Source of the DNA: Marsupella aquatica
Taxonomy: Eukaryota; Plantae; Marchantiophyta
Direction: 5' to 3'
Assembly: GCA_973895155.1 (NCBI GenBank)
Contig: OZ316895.1
Span: 20,536,803-20,600,802, forward strand
Length of the DNA stretch: 64,000 nucleotides
Positions 22,150-34,400 of this stretch are shown piece after piece. Position numbers and translations under genes: made by a program. The notes below the pieces were generated by a model. The model was not told the origin of the DNA. It searched no databases and was given only the letters and a program-made list of their open reading frames with translations. Every line of letters starts with the position of its first letter. Position 1 is the first letter of the stretch.

Positions 22150-24604
22150 ATGGCTCACCAATCGGTTCTTCCGAGGGGGAAATCTTGGAGTACAGGGAGC
22201 ACAGGAACAGGATCGTTTCCTTCTTCGTCAGCAACACGATGGTTGACGAGTGAGCGATTGAAAAAGCTGGATCAGGATGCCAGGACCAGCTCCAGCGAGA
22301 TGGAACTCCTGGAAGCGGACATTCATGATCTTTCGAAGACGTTAGAGAAACTCAAGAAGTTTGATACCAAACGGGTTGAAAGATTGGCAGAACTTGCAGA
22401 TGGGGAGGTGGTTTATGATGTGAAGAAGAAAAATTTCGATACTCAAGATGCGAACGGATTGAATGGAGAGGGGCAACACGGGCTGGAGGATAAGGAGGGG
22501 GCCCAGGTCGAGAGATCTGGTGAGGGGGAAGTGAACGAGGAAGTGGAGAGCTTGAGGAGCGAGCATGGAGCTGCACAGAGTCAAATACAGTACATTGAGG
22601 CTTCCTTGGAGAAGAAGCGAGTTGAATTGGAGGTTCTAGCAGAAAAGCACCGGACCCTAACTGACCTAATTGCGGAAGAGGAGAAACATGCACAAGCTGC
22701 CGAGATTGATGAATCCATGCAGCAGAGTGTACCTCTGCAGCAGGAAACGAAATCTCTCCCTGAAGATATGGGCCGTCTGGTTCGACTCATGGAAGGATTG
22801 AAAGAGACCAACGCAGATCCGCTGAAGCAGGACGTAACTCGTCCACAACAAAAGCCGAGGATGTATCATCCCGTAACACAACATAGAAGCAGAAGCCGCT
22901 ACAGGCTTACGCAGAACGGGGGTGGTGCTTCAGACCTGGGCCGTAGTGCAAGCGTTGGAGATGCACCCATGGGTATTAGTAGAATCAAGGAATCCACCAG
23001 AAGTAAGGAGCCCAGTAGAATCAAGGAACCAGCTGAATTCGAGGAAAGGGAAGGTGGTGGCAATCGGAAACGCCAGAAAAGCAGTTCTTTTGAGCGAGAG
23101 CGCGAACGATTACACAAAGAGCGAGCCAAGCTGGAAGTCGAAGCCAAAGAGAAGAGCCAGAAAAGCAGTTCTTTTGAGCGAGAGCGCGAACGATTACACA
23201 AAGAGCGAGCCAAGCTGGAAGTCGAAGCCAAAGAGAAGAGCCAGAAAAGCAGATCTTTTGAGCGAGAGCGCGAACGATTACACAAAGAGCGAGCCAAGCT
23301 GGAAGTCGAAGCCAAAGAGAAGAGCCAGAAAAGCAGTTCTTTTGAGCGAGAGCGCGAACGATTACACAAAGAGCGAGCCAAGCTGGAAGTCGAAGCCAAA
23401 GAGAAGAGGCTACTAGATTCACTGGCGAGTTTCTCGTCCCAACCCCAACCCCAGCCGAGTAAAGGGGCACCTGGAGCTCTCGGCTCGAGTCCTTCTTCTC
23501 GGGATATCTCGAGCCCTTCGTCCGTGTTCGAGGGATTTGGAGAGACCCCCTTGGGGCTAGCTACGAGTGGATCTACGGTCCTAATGTCCGACTCTTCTGA
23601 GTCCACCTCCTCCGAAATTTCCACTGAAAAGTTGGATTCGAATTCAATCTCATCAGCTGTTAAACGTCTTGATTTTGAGACCTTTGGTGAGGAGAACAGT
23701 CCCAGTTCCGGGGCTATTGCTTCCCTTCCATTGGAGACAGTCAGCAAGCCTTCATATGCGACAGTATTAACAAAGAATAGTCTGGCCGACAATGTAGACA
23801 TCGGGAGGGAAAAGGCTGGGGAAGAGCAGAAGCTTAGCTCAATAGAAACAGATGATGAGAGCTCGTCTTCGGAGAACGGAATCGAGGAGTTTGAAGTGCC
23901 TGCAGCTAATTCCATTAACAACACTTTGGAGGAGATTTTAGGCATTGAAGGTATTTCTCCAGTAAGTGGAGTTGAACGGATTCAAGGGCCCGAAATTTTG
24001 TCTTCCGAGGTCGAGGGGAAGCGAGAATCCGAGATTTTGATTCCTCGGAGCGCACCTGAGGAGGAGATTGAACGTTCTGTTTCCGAAGTAGTGAATTTTC
24101 AACTAGGGGTTCTAGAGTCATTCTCTGAGGGTTTTGGTAATCCTGTAGGGGATACAGATGCGGAGAGAACCTTGGAGGAAGCGGAAATAAATACCCGCCC
24201 AAGAGCTGCAAAGGACGAAGTTGAGGAAATTGATATACCCACTGAGGAACTTGATAGCTTCAGAGATGCAGGAGGAGAAGAACAAAGTTCCAAGGAGGGG
24301 GAAGTCATCACCACCAGAAATAAAGTGGAAGAGATTGAAGTACCTGAAGAGGATATTGCAGATTTTGAGGGTATAGAATATACAGATGAGACCAGTGAAC
24401 GGAAAATTCCAAAGAAAGAGTCAGGGAGTGATAATGTTGATAGATTCTTGGAGACAAAAAGTGATGTTCGTGCAGACGATGATGGCGAAGATGAAGCTAT
24501 CGAGGTAGGGCAATCGACAACTGCACAGGCCCCTGAGTTGCAGGTGAACGGTTTCAAATCCTCGGAACCAGTTAACAGTGGGCTACACAGTCCTCCGGAA
24601 GCAG
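22150..24604 (+). CDS. Exon 1 of a coiled-coil/acidic protein with a C-terminal TM-LVPT tail (candidate plant KASH protein); CDS join(22150..24604,25372..26192), 1091 aa
   Basis: 850-aa ORF with first ATG at 22150. The donor GCAG|GTATAA at 24604/24605 is phase 1 and matches the phase-1 acceptor TTTGCAG|GA at 25371/25372. The joined length of 3276 nt is divisible by 3. Confidence 0.8.
23072..23407 (+). repeat. Coding tandem repeat 4 x 84 bp (QKSSSFERERERLHKERAKLEVEAKEKS)
   Basis: Units start at 23072, 23156, 23240 and 23324; one substitution seen, in unit 3. Confidence 0.97.
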
Positions 24605-25371
24605 GTATAAAGAAGCTAGCCTTCAAGATTGCACTCTGATCCGGTCTTCTCTTTTTGTCCATTTTGTTCTACTGTTCAAACCATTCTAGTTTTGAGTTTT
24701 CGGTTCCGATTGATGATTTTTGTGTGTCACGTTGGTGACGACACTATATTTTGAACCTTAAACATATTAACTTTTTTAATTTTTAAGTTAGACAACCCTC
24801 CATAGACTGTGAAGTACTGTTTGCAACTGGCAAACAAGTGATTGTAATGCGTGACCTGTCTACTGGATGATACCGGGGGCAATGGCTTCATTAGAACTGC
24901 TATGTTTCGACAGCATTGCATTAGCCTTATCAGTCTTAGATCTGGTGGTTTGTCACACATTTCCGTTAAGGGAGGGACTTCCAAAGTGCTCATTTCTGTT
25001 ACCCATGCGGAATCGATAATGTACGAAATCCTTCTATTCGAAACGATTAAATGTAAGAAGGATAGGCTTTGGTGATAAAGGTAAAGTCGATTATAAAGCT
25101 CCCTAATAACGCCATTAAACGGTACAATTTGCCAATCGTCCCAAAGTTATATTCTGGACAAATCTTCAAAAGATTTACTCAGCGGTGTTGGGGGTGACAC
25201 TGATTGTGCTCTTGCGTTCACCTCTGGTGTTGGGTGTGTTCTCGACTTTTACTGTATACTGCTTGTGTAGAGTCCCACTTAAGCTGTGAACGACATGTGA
25301 TGAAAGGTTTTCTTCATCTCATCTGTTTGAGTGACGTCCTTGAATCTTTCTTGTTTATGCTGGGTTTGCAG

Positions 25372-26192
25372 GACAACTAGACTCTGGAGAGATGAATGAT
25401 GGCCGGAATAATCGGAGGTTGGAAGCAGAAAATCAAATGATGCAGTTGAGCTCCCAGCTGAGTTTATTGCAAAAACAAGTTGAGGAGGAAGTTGAGCTGC
25501 ATGAGAAGTCGAACACTGAATCCCAGCACGAACATACTTTTGCAGAAAAGGAACAGCTGAGCAAACAGGTTTCCTTCTTTGCGGATGAAGTTCGTGGGCT
25601 AAGGCAGAACATTGATGAAATTCAACGCATCATACACAAGGAAGGAGAGCTTTCAGTAGTGGAGCACTGGGCGAAAGATCTCCACAGTAAATGTGCAGAT
25701 CAATCGGCACAGCTAGAGCATTTGGGGAAGCAGATTAGTATGCTAGGCAATGACTTGAAGCACCATCTGCAGCTGAGTGGTGATATGGTTGTTAACCTAG
25801 ACAAAGAAGCCCAAGAGAGGCACAAGGTTGAAACTCAGCTCTCCGATTTGAGCAAAGCGCTTGCTATCACTGTTTCCACAATGGAAAAGGAGGAAGAGGC
25901 TATGAGTGAAGTCATTCAACATCAAAAGCATCTGCTGGTTGATCAGCTCAAGGAGGCGGAGAAGCTTAGACATATAGCTGAAGTGAGGGTTCTAACTCTT
26001 AACGATCAGATAGAACAACTAGAGATGGTTTGTGATGCAGCAAAAAGTATACAGGCAGTTACCAAGTATCAAGACAAGGCAGTCAAAGTCGGGCTTCAGA
26101 CAATTATGCAACTGTTCTTACTCGCGTTAGGTGTAATTACATTGTACAGTAGGGTTGCAGATCCATTCAGAGGTTCTCTTGTTCCAACATAA
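25372..26192 (+). CDS. Exon 2 of the candidate KASH protein: coiled coil, TM helix (LQTIMQLFLLALGVITLY), luminal tail SRVADPFRGSLVPT*
   Basis: 266-aa ORF with heptad-rich helices, then a hydrophobic segment followed by a ~14-aa tail ending LVPT-stop. Confidence 0.85.
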
Positions 26193-27364
26193 TGTTATTA
26201 CAGAGTGGAGTAGACATGTTAACCATGTTTTATAGTGCTGCTGTACAAATAGGACATTCATGGAGGTAGCAGCAGCTCTTACCCTTGTTTGTAGTCGTTG
26301 CAAGGTGGAGATAGACCCCGTTCATGGATGTTACCCAGTTTTGTAGAAATAGAATAGCCATTGATCTGGCTGTATTTCTTGCAGTGTTTGGCAAGGACTT
26401 AGTATTTATCATGTTTATTGCTCATTTCAAGATGGGAGTACCCCGTGCTATTTATCTCTTTTGAGACACTGAGAAGTCTTCTGGTGTGCGTATATTTTGA
26501 TTGAGAAAAGATTTGGATTTGGATTTGGATTTGGATTTGGACTTGGTATTGCAGCTTACCTTAACTCCCAACGAGCAGAAGTTAGTGCACTGCATCCATC
26601 TGAGCTGTGCTTTTCACAAAGATCTGAGTATGGTTCTGGATCCCCTCTCCCGTCCTCCCTGGGAATGGATTATACAACAGTAAGATGCTATGGAGTGTTA
26701 AATTACGAATGTACGTCTCAGATGCCCATGCAGGAAAGGATCCTCGATCCTTGATCCTTTCAATCAGAGATTGATACGATTGTGGATGCTTTCTCCCAAC
26801 CTAAACGTGATGTTAAGGAGTGAGGTGTTTATAACGAGCTAGGATGAGATGTCAAGCTAAAGATACCCTTCAAGGAAAGAAAGGACATCGTGAAGATGCT
26901 AATTCAGGTAGTGATTCTCTTTCTGCTTAGTTTCATGATCGAAAGTGTGGAGATATTCCCCTACTTGTAATTTGTAATGTTAGAGTAAACTACCAATATG
27001 CAGCAGAATGTTTTGGCCGCTTTTCCCTGGAACGGTGCTCATCGTAACGATGGTCTAATTTACAAAGGAGAATTCTGGGCAGTGCTAAAGTGCATAATAA
27101 CGTCAAGAGCATTCTACTGCTATTCTGCAGAATGCTTTGCACTTCTTTTCCTTTGGAAAGCTGCTCCAGGTAGCGAAGTCTAATTTAAAGGCAAAATTGA
27201 GGTCAGTCGCATTACCAAATTGAGGTCAGTCGCATTTCCTGCAGCCAAAACTTTGCAGTCAGGGCCAGAGCCGAGAATGTGCTGGGCTCCGTTTTTGGCT
27301 ACAGGGTTTCCAGTGGTCAAGTGACCGCACCACGATTTTAGTGAGAGCTTCTCTGAGGGGTTTA

Positions 27365-27455
27365 AGCTAAACCACAACTGCACCTATAAAGAACTAAGGT
27401 TTACCCCTTAGCTAAACCACAACTGCACCTATAAAGAACTAAGGTTTACCCCTTA
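27365..27455. repeat. ~45-bp perfect tandem duplication, within a cluster of short local duplications (also ~27195, ~27840, ~28125)
   Basis: agctaaaccacaactgcacctataaagaactaaggtttacccctt occurs twice. Confidence 0.8.
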
Positions 27456-28659
27456 AATCCCATTTACAGGTTCAAGAATGGGCTTGACCACAAAAAGTGG
27501 TGAGTGCTCCACCTTTTATGGTGAGACATTGTTTACAGACAATGTTTACCACAGGTGAGGAGTGAGGAGCGAGTGAATGTGGCTTTTATATGGGCAAGTG
27601 TGTTTTAAACCACAACTACCCTTCAAAAGCTATGGGTAACTCATAGTTACCATTAAAAGTAGATTTTTCCTGAAGTTGTGGAGCAAACTGGCATGCTAGA
27701 GTAGAACAGTGATTGAAATGTGGAAAAAGGGGGAGATCTTGGACACTGGGGTTATATAGGGCAAGTTGTGGTTTAGACAGAGACAGTGCGGACTGGACAA
27801 CGAGCACAAACGTTGATCATGAGCCTCAGGAATTCTGACCTAAGCTGCGGCTGAAGCTGAAACAGAGGCCTCTCAACCCAGAGGCATGACACCTAAGCTC
27901 CGGCTGAAGCTGAGAAAGAGGCCTCTCATCTCAATTTCAGAGGGCATGACACCTGAAATTTGACGGGAAACTGGACAAGTGTTGTGTCAATTTTGCCTCA
28001 AATCCCTTTGTGAGTGCCTCAAAGATCAATATGTATTCTAAATGCTAAATTAGGGTTCAGAGTTAATGCTCATATTAATATGAATCAAACCATCAGAAAT
28101 CAGTCTCAAGTTACTACAAGCAGCTTGCTTGGCTTACTTTAGCTCGCTTGGCTTACTTTAGCTCGAATCACAAATGGTCGGGGCGGGTTTGTTCAACATT
28201 GCATGTAGAAACTGATGACTTGTGACTTGATGCTTTGTTTGGATTTAGCTTTGAGCTAGAGCTTGATCTGGACTTCTAAACTGAGCTCTAGAGGGGCTCA
28301 ATCTATCCATTTTTGGAGGGCGGAATATTTAGGTGACTCCCGGTCTAAATTGTACATCCTGCCCTAAACGCAATCCCCTATCCCTTTAGTGCAATTTTTA
28401 CTCTATGAATAATGCTCTACAGATAGGGTAAAAATTCTATCAGTAAGTGTAAGTTGTTGGAAATTTGTGCTTCCTGATGAGTGTTCATGTACACTGATTA
28501 AGGGTTACTTTGCACTTATATATTGTCGTTAAGTGAATGTTTTAAGCCTGTTTGCACTTTAAAAAAAATACAAAACAAGTGCAAAGTCCACGGAGAAAGG
28601 GAAAAGCATTACACCTTGCAGTCAGCCATTTGCAATCATGGACTGGTTCAATCAACACC

Positions 28660-29190
28660 CAGTTACCATAAGGCTTTCCAGTAAGGGTCTACTGTAGTTG
28701 ATATAAGGCTTTCCAGCAATGGGCTACTATAGGTACCACAAGGCTTTTGAGTAAGGGTTGGAGATGCCACTGTAGTCACCAAAAGGTTTTCCAGTAAGGG
28801 CTAAGGTGCTACTGTAGTTACTTTAAGCTTTCCAGTAAGGGCCTACTGTACATACCCATAATTTTTGTATAGAGTGCAGGTTAACAACGTGTAACAGTTT
28901 TAGGAGGTACTTGCTATTCCCATAATCTCTTGCCTGGAAGTAACCTTTTTCCGTACAGTAACATTCTATAATGGAGGTATGGGCAGGAGTTCTAGCCCAA
29001 ACCTTGCTCCAAGAAAGCTCACAAAAACTTCCCAGCTGCCACCAATCAGGTTTTCCTCACTTTCTGGTCACCGGATTCCAAACTAGTAACCCCAGACCAA
29101 GTGCAGGGATTTCCAGTAGGGGTTGGAGATGTTGTTGTAGTGACTGTAAAGGCTTTTCCAATAAGGGTTGGAGATGCTACAGTAGTTACG
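28660..29190. repeat. Degenerate minisatellite (ctactgtagttaccataaggctttccagtaaggg-like, 33-43 bp); related copies at ~36515-36590
   Basis: About five units at 28660-28860, two at 29110-29190 and two at 36515-36590. Confidence 0.7.
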
Positions 29191-30226
29191 GACCCCCATT
29201 AGGGGTCCTTTCCAAAATTCCTGGCTCCACAACATGCCACATCATTATGGCACACTCCAAACATGAAGGGACTTGTTTTTGGATAAAATTAAGTTCTGAA
29301 TTCGCGTTTGTGGCAACTTCTTTGTAAAAACTGGGACGCCATGCCGTAAATGAGAATGTAAAGAAACCGTTTTATTTACATTTTTTTTATTAAAAACATA
29401 AATTTTTCCAGGTAGCAATTTTTGATTTGACATTGCTGAGTCAAATCATAAGGAAAACTCACGTATAATATGACATTGAAAAGATCTTGAAGAGACGGTC
29501 CTAATGAGCTCAAGATTGTCAACATTAGGTAAGAATTGAGTAAGTAATTTGAAAAATGTATTTTACTTGTGATTTTATAATCTCTAACATGAATAGAATT
29601 TTTTGTTGTACAACCTCCGAAATGTTGATCCTTTCCATGAGAATGAACCCTAAAATTGACAGATTTTATCGAGTACTAAGGAGATGCTGAGTTCTAGAAT
29701 TCCTTTAGCTTTTTAATGAACTTAACATTGATAGATTTAGTTGAGTTCTGAGGATTATGAATTTCCAATGTTCTTTAGTTTTCCAATGAGTGGTCATGAG
29801 TTTCTAAATTTCTCCAGCTTTTGATCGATTCCGAATTCTACTGGAGATTTGTTTCCGTGAAACTTTTTGTCTCAAACAATTATGCAAGGTTAGGATTTGA
29901 TGACACCGATGATCTCTCTCTTCGTCTCTCTGCGTGTAAGAATTGAAAAGTCATTACTTTCAATGCAACGAGTGCATCCGACATTCCTTCGGTACCGTGG
30001 AGGAAACCATCGAGCAACGATTTGCTAAAGTGGGCAATTAAGCTACCCACACATTAAACAAGGGATATGCTTACTAGACCCCCTTGTGTAAAAATTTTGC
30101 TTGATCGACCCCCTCTATATTTTTCCCCAATCTGGACCGTTGATGAACCTTTCAATCTCAGATCTGGGCCGTTCATAGACCTTAGGGGGTTGATCAAGTA
30201 ACAAGTTTCATTTTGGGGGTCGATCA

Positions 30227-30665
30227 TGTTGGGTATTTATTCTTATGTCTAGGTTAGGTATAACGTGGTTGGTACAACAACGTGGGTTGGTACAACAACA
30301 TGGTTTGGTACAACTACGTGGTTAGGTACAACTACGTGATTAGGTACAACAATGTGGTTATGTATAACTACGTGATTAGATACAACAATGTGGTTAGGTT
30401 AACTAAGTTGCACACTATATCATAAGAGGCACGTGTGCTTGGAGATGTAGAACCAAGGCTCATTGTTATGGAGCCACTTGAGAGATAGGGAGAGCTTACA
30501 CTGTGGAGACTCGGTATAGCCGATAGGCTTAGAGTTCAGTAAAGCTCTCTTGTGTGTTCCCGTGGATGTAGCCTCAAGGAGGTGAACCACGTATCTCTTG
30601 TGTCGACTACTTGCATGTTGAATATGTCATGTGCTTACCGTTGCGATTATCGTCTATACTCAACA
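30227..30665 (+). repeat. 5' LTR (439 bp) containing an 18-bp minisatellite
   Basis: Direct repeat of 35865-36286. Confidence 0.95.
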
Positions 30666-31426
30666 ATTGGTATCAGAGCATGCCTGGGAGGTGACATGTA
30701 TTCGTGACAGGATTTCATGACGGTTTTTTCCAGCGTCGAGTGTCGGTGGATTTCCCAGAGTTCTGTCGCATGGAACTTGGAGTTTATGGGCTCAACGGAT
30801 AGATCAGGGCAAGGGCTTTCTAACGGTGTGAAGAAATCGCTGAACGGAGCTCGTGGTGCGGAGAGATCTAAGTTTTTATCGTTCTAGATTTTGTGAAGAA
30901 AGTCGGCAACATTCGTGTTCGACGGTTTTTCGGAGGAGGGACCAGAGTTTGTTTTCTCGACGGTGTGAGCTCTACGGCGAAGGAAGCGTCGCATGTTATA
31001 GCTCCATTTGTAGATCGGGACGAGCTGATCATTTCGGTAGCTAGTTTGTTGCCGAGTGTGTAACGAGTACGTCACAACAAGCAAAAGAAGCGTTCTGATT
31101 TTTTGACCGGCTATGGAGTCTTCTTTTGCCTAAGCGGGGTTTCTTGTTGTTGCAATCGACTCAGAGGGAGAAGCGTCAAGTATTTTGACTCAACGGAGAG
31201 ATTGAGGCAAGACAATTGTTTTGAGTCCGGGATTGGCTCTTGATGCGAAGAGGAAGGCTAAGAAAAATCATTTACCTTGTTGGACTTGGTGACGGCACCG
31301 AGTGCAATTCATCAACATTCGTTGTTGACAAGCATTGGAAAACTAGGCTCGTGGGCTACGTGGCAGTGATAACCTTTGAGTTTTTTTAGAAGTTAAGAAA
31401 AACGTCATTTTTTCTTGATTTCTCAC

Positions 31427-34400
31427 ATGAGTGACTTGGAGGAGGGTTCTATTGAGTCACCGGAGAGAACAGAGGAGGAAGCAGAAGATCTAGCGGAATT
31501 GTGGTCACCGGTATTGCGGCGAGTGACAAGAAAAAGGATGGGGACAATCAAGCTTGGAAGTCCCAAGTTTGAGGTTACAAAATACGATGGCCGCATGGAC
31601 TACTTATTGTGGGAGCGACAAGTGAAGGGGGTACTCCGTGCGACCGGGCTTGGGAAATTATTGAAGGACCAGCCAAATGATGTCGACAATGATGATTGGC
31701 AGGACATGCAGGAGCAGACTGTGAGCACCGTGATGCTCTATCTTCAGCCCAATGTCATCAAGCAATTGGCAGACCATGTCAATTGTGCATCATTGTTTGC
31801 TGCATTGGAGCAAAAGTACCATCAAAAGGAGCTATCGAATCGGCTCTACACATCTTTGAAGCTTATGAGCTTCAAAATGAAGGAGGGAAGTGCAAAGATT
31901 CAGGACCATATCGATGGTTTCAACGACCTGGTCGTTGATTTGCAAAATCGGGGGAGGATTTGAGTGATGACAGGAGTGATGAGCGGCAGGCTCTTCACTT
32001 GCTTAGCTCTTTACCCTTGTCGTATCAGTCATTGTCACGAGTGCTGCTTCATCATGACAGGAAGACTATCACTTACAATGAAGTTATAAGTGCTATGTTG
32101 ACTGATGACTTGCAGCAGAAATTGACCATGCCCTCTCAGCCATCATCGTCGTCTGGTGCTGCCTTGAATGTGAATCGTGGGAGGTCACAGAAGCATCCAG
32201 AGCACCACACGAATGGCAGGGGAAGAAGTAAATCTAGGACAAGATTTGCTTCAAGGGGGAAGTCCCAAGAGAGGAAGCCGGTGGTATGCTGGAAGTGTGG
32301 CAAGACTGGTCACATTAAGAGGGATTGTAAGGGCAAGGCAGCTAAATCTTCATCAAACCAATGTGGCTAGTGTTGATGGAGAAGTTGATTTACTCAACGA
32401 TGAGTATGTTTTATGAAGTCAGAAGTATGCCCTGTGCACATCATCTAGGAGAGCAAATGATGTGTAGATTCTTGATTGTGCTTGCTCCTTTCACATTTAT
32501 TACATTCGTGAGTATTTCAATTCTTATTCTGTGTCAAACGGTTCAGTTTTGATGGGAAATGATCACTCCTGTCAAGTTGAGGGTATTGGGTCTGTAAAGA
32601 TTCAAATGTTTGATGACATTGTGCGCACAGTGTCCGAAGGCAGGTTCGTACCTGGCATGCGTAAGAATTTAATTTCACTCGGTGTGTTGGATACAAATGG
32701 TCATCAATGGCGAGTAATTGATGGTGAACTTCAAGTCATGTCGAGAGAGACAGTGATTTTGAAGGGGCGTAGACAGAAGAATTTGTATGTGTTGCAGGGC
32801 AATACAGTATGTGGAGAGGCCAATGTGACCAAGTCTCACGAGGAAATGACTCAACTATGGCATTCACGGCTAGGCCACATGAGTGAGAAGGGTTTGGCTA
32901 TCTTGCAGAAGAATGGGCTCATTTCTGATTTGCAGTCTTGTAAATTGGATTTCTGTGAGCATTGCATTTTTGGAAAGCAACATCGTCGTGCTTTCGGTGT
33001 TGGAACTCATCATTCCAAAGCGGTTCTTGAGTACATACATAGTGACGTGTGGGGACCATCCCCGACTCCTTCACATTCTGGAAAATTGTACTATGTATCC
33101 TTTATTGATGATTACTCAAGATTTGTATGGATTTATTGCATGACGCATAAGTCTGATGTCTTGTCCATTTTTACAAAGTGGAAGGCCCAAGTAGAGAATC
33201 AGACAGGAAACATGGTTAAGTGTTTGGATACAAGGGTGAAGAGTCTAAGGTCAGACAACGGCGGGGAGTACACTTCAATAGAATTTGAAGAGTACTGTGC
33301 AGAATAGGGGATAACTCGTCATCTCACCACAGTTTATGCTCCACAGCAGAATGGTGTAGCTGAGAGACTCAATCGAACACTATTGGAGCGGTCACGGAGT
33401 ATGCTGAGCTAATCAGGTTTACCACAAGAATTTTGGGCAGAAGCTGTCAATACTACAGCTTATTTGGTAAATCTTTCTCCTTCTAGTGCAATCAATTTTA
33501 AAACGCCGTTTGAAATGCGTTATAAACGGCAAGAAGACTATCATGGCTTGGTAGTTTTTGGAAGTGATGCATATGCTCTCACACCAAAGCAGAATAGGAC
33601 CAAGTTGGATCCTACGTCCAAGAAATGTATTTTTCTTGGGTATCAGAGTGGTGTGAAGGCCTACAGGTTATGGGATCCTATTGCCTGTAAGCTCGTTGTT
33701 AGTAGGGATGTTTCTTTCAATGATCCAAATTATTGAAGGAGGGGAAGAATACTCAAGTCTCCCGTACTGACAAAGGAAAATCTCCTATCCCGGATCTCGT
33801 TGAGGGGGAGATTGATCATGAAGTGCATGATCGGAGAGAAGGAGGTGCTCCAAGCATGGAGCTGGTTCCTGTGCCAGAGGAACAAAAAGAGTTTATTGAT
33901 GCTGGTGAGCAACAAATGGATGCTGCTGAGCTTCAAATTGTACCAGTAGACGCAATTCAACCGGAGTCATCAGCTAGAAGAACATCTGGTCGTACTGTAC
34001 GCGCTCCTCCTAGGTATGGACAGTGGGTTGATTCATCTCAACTGCAAGAGGATGATTTTGCAGCTGATGATGAGGGTGATGCGTTAATTTTAGAAGAAGG
34101 GGAACCTTCTTCATTTCATGAGGCCAGTGCTTCAAAGGAGAAGCAGAAGTGGATTGCAGCAATGCAAACGGAGATGCAGTCACTAAAGGACAACAAAACT
34201 TGGGAACTTGTTAAGCTACCTAAGGGTCAGCAAGTGGATTTACAAGCTGAAGGATAATTCCAGAGGAGGTGGATCAAAGGTCTACAAGGCTAGGTTGGTA
34301 GCAAAGGGATTCACACAAGAGAAAGGTGTGGATTACAATGAGGTCTTCTCACCAGTTGCTAAGTATTCTACAATACGACTATTGTGTGTACTTGTTGTAA

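Noticed and set aside
22899-23945. 348-aa antisense ORF and other long antisense ORFs over the KASH candidate, LINE and Copia genes
   Set aside because: Explained by codon bias and the tandem repeat of the sense genes; no recognisable domains.
26530-26910. Exon-like segment (tgcag|...cag|gtag) after a (TTTGGA)n microsatellite
   Set aside because: Stops in all frames and no recognisable product.
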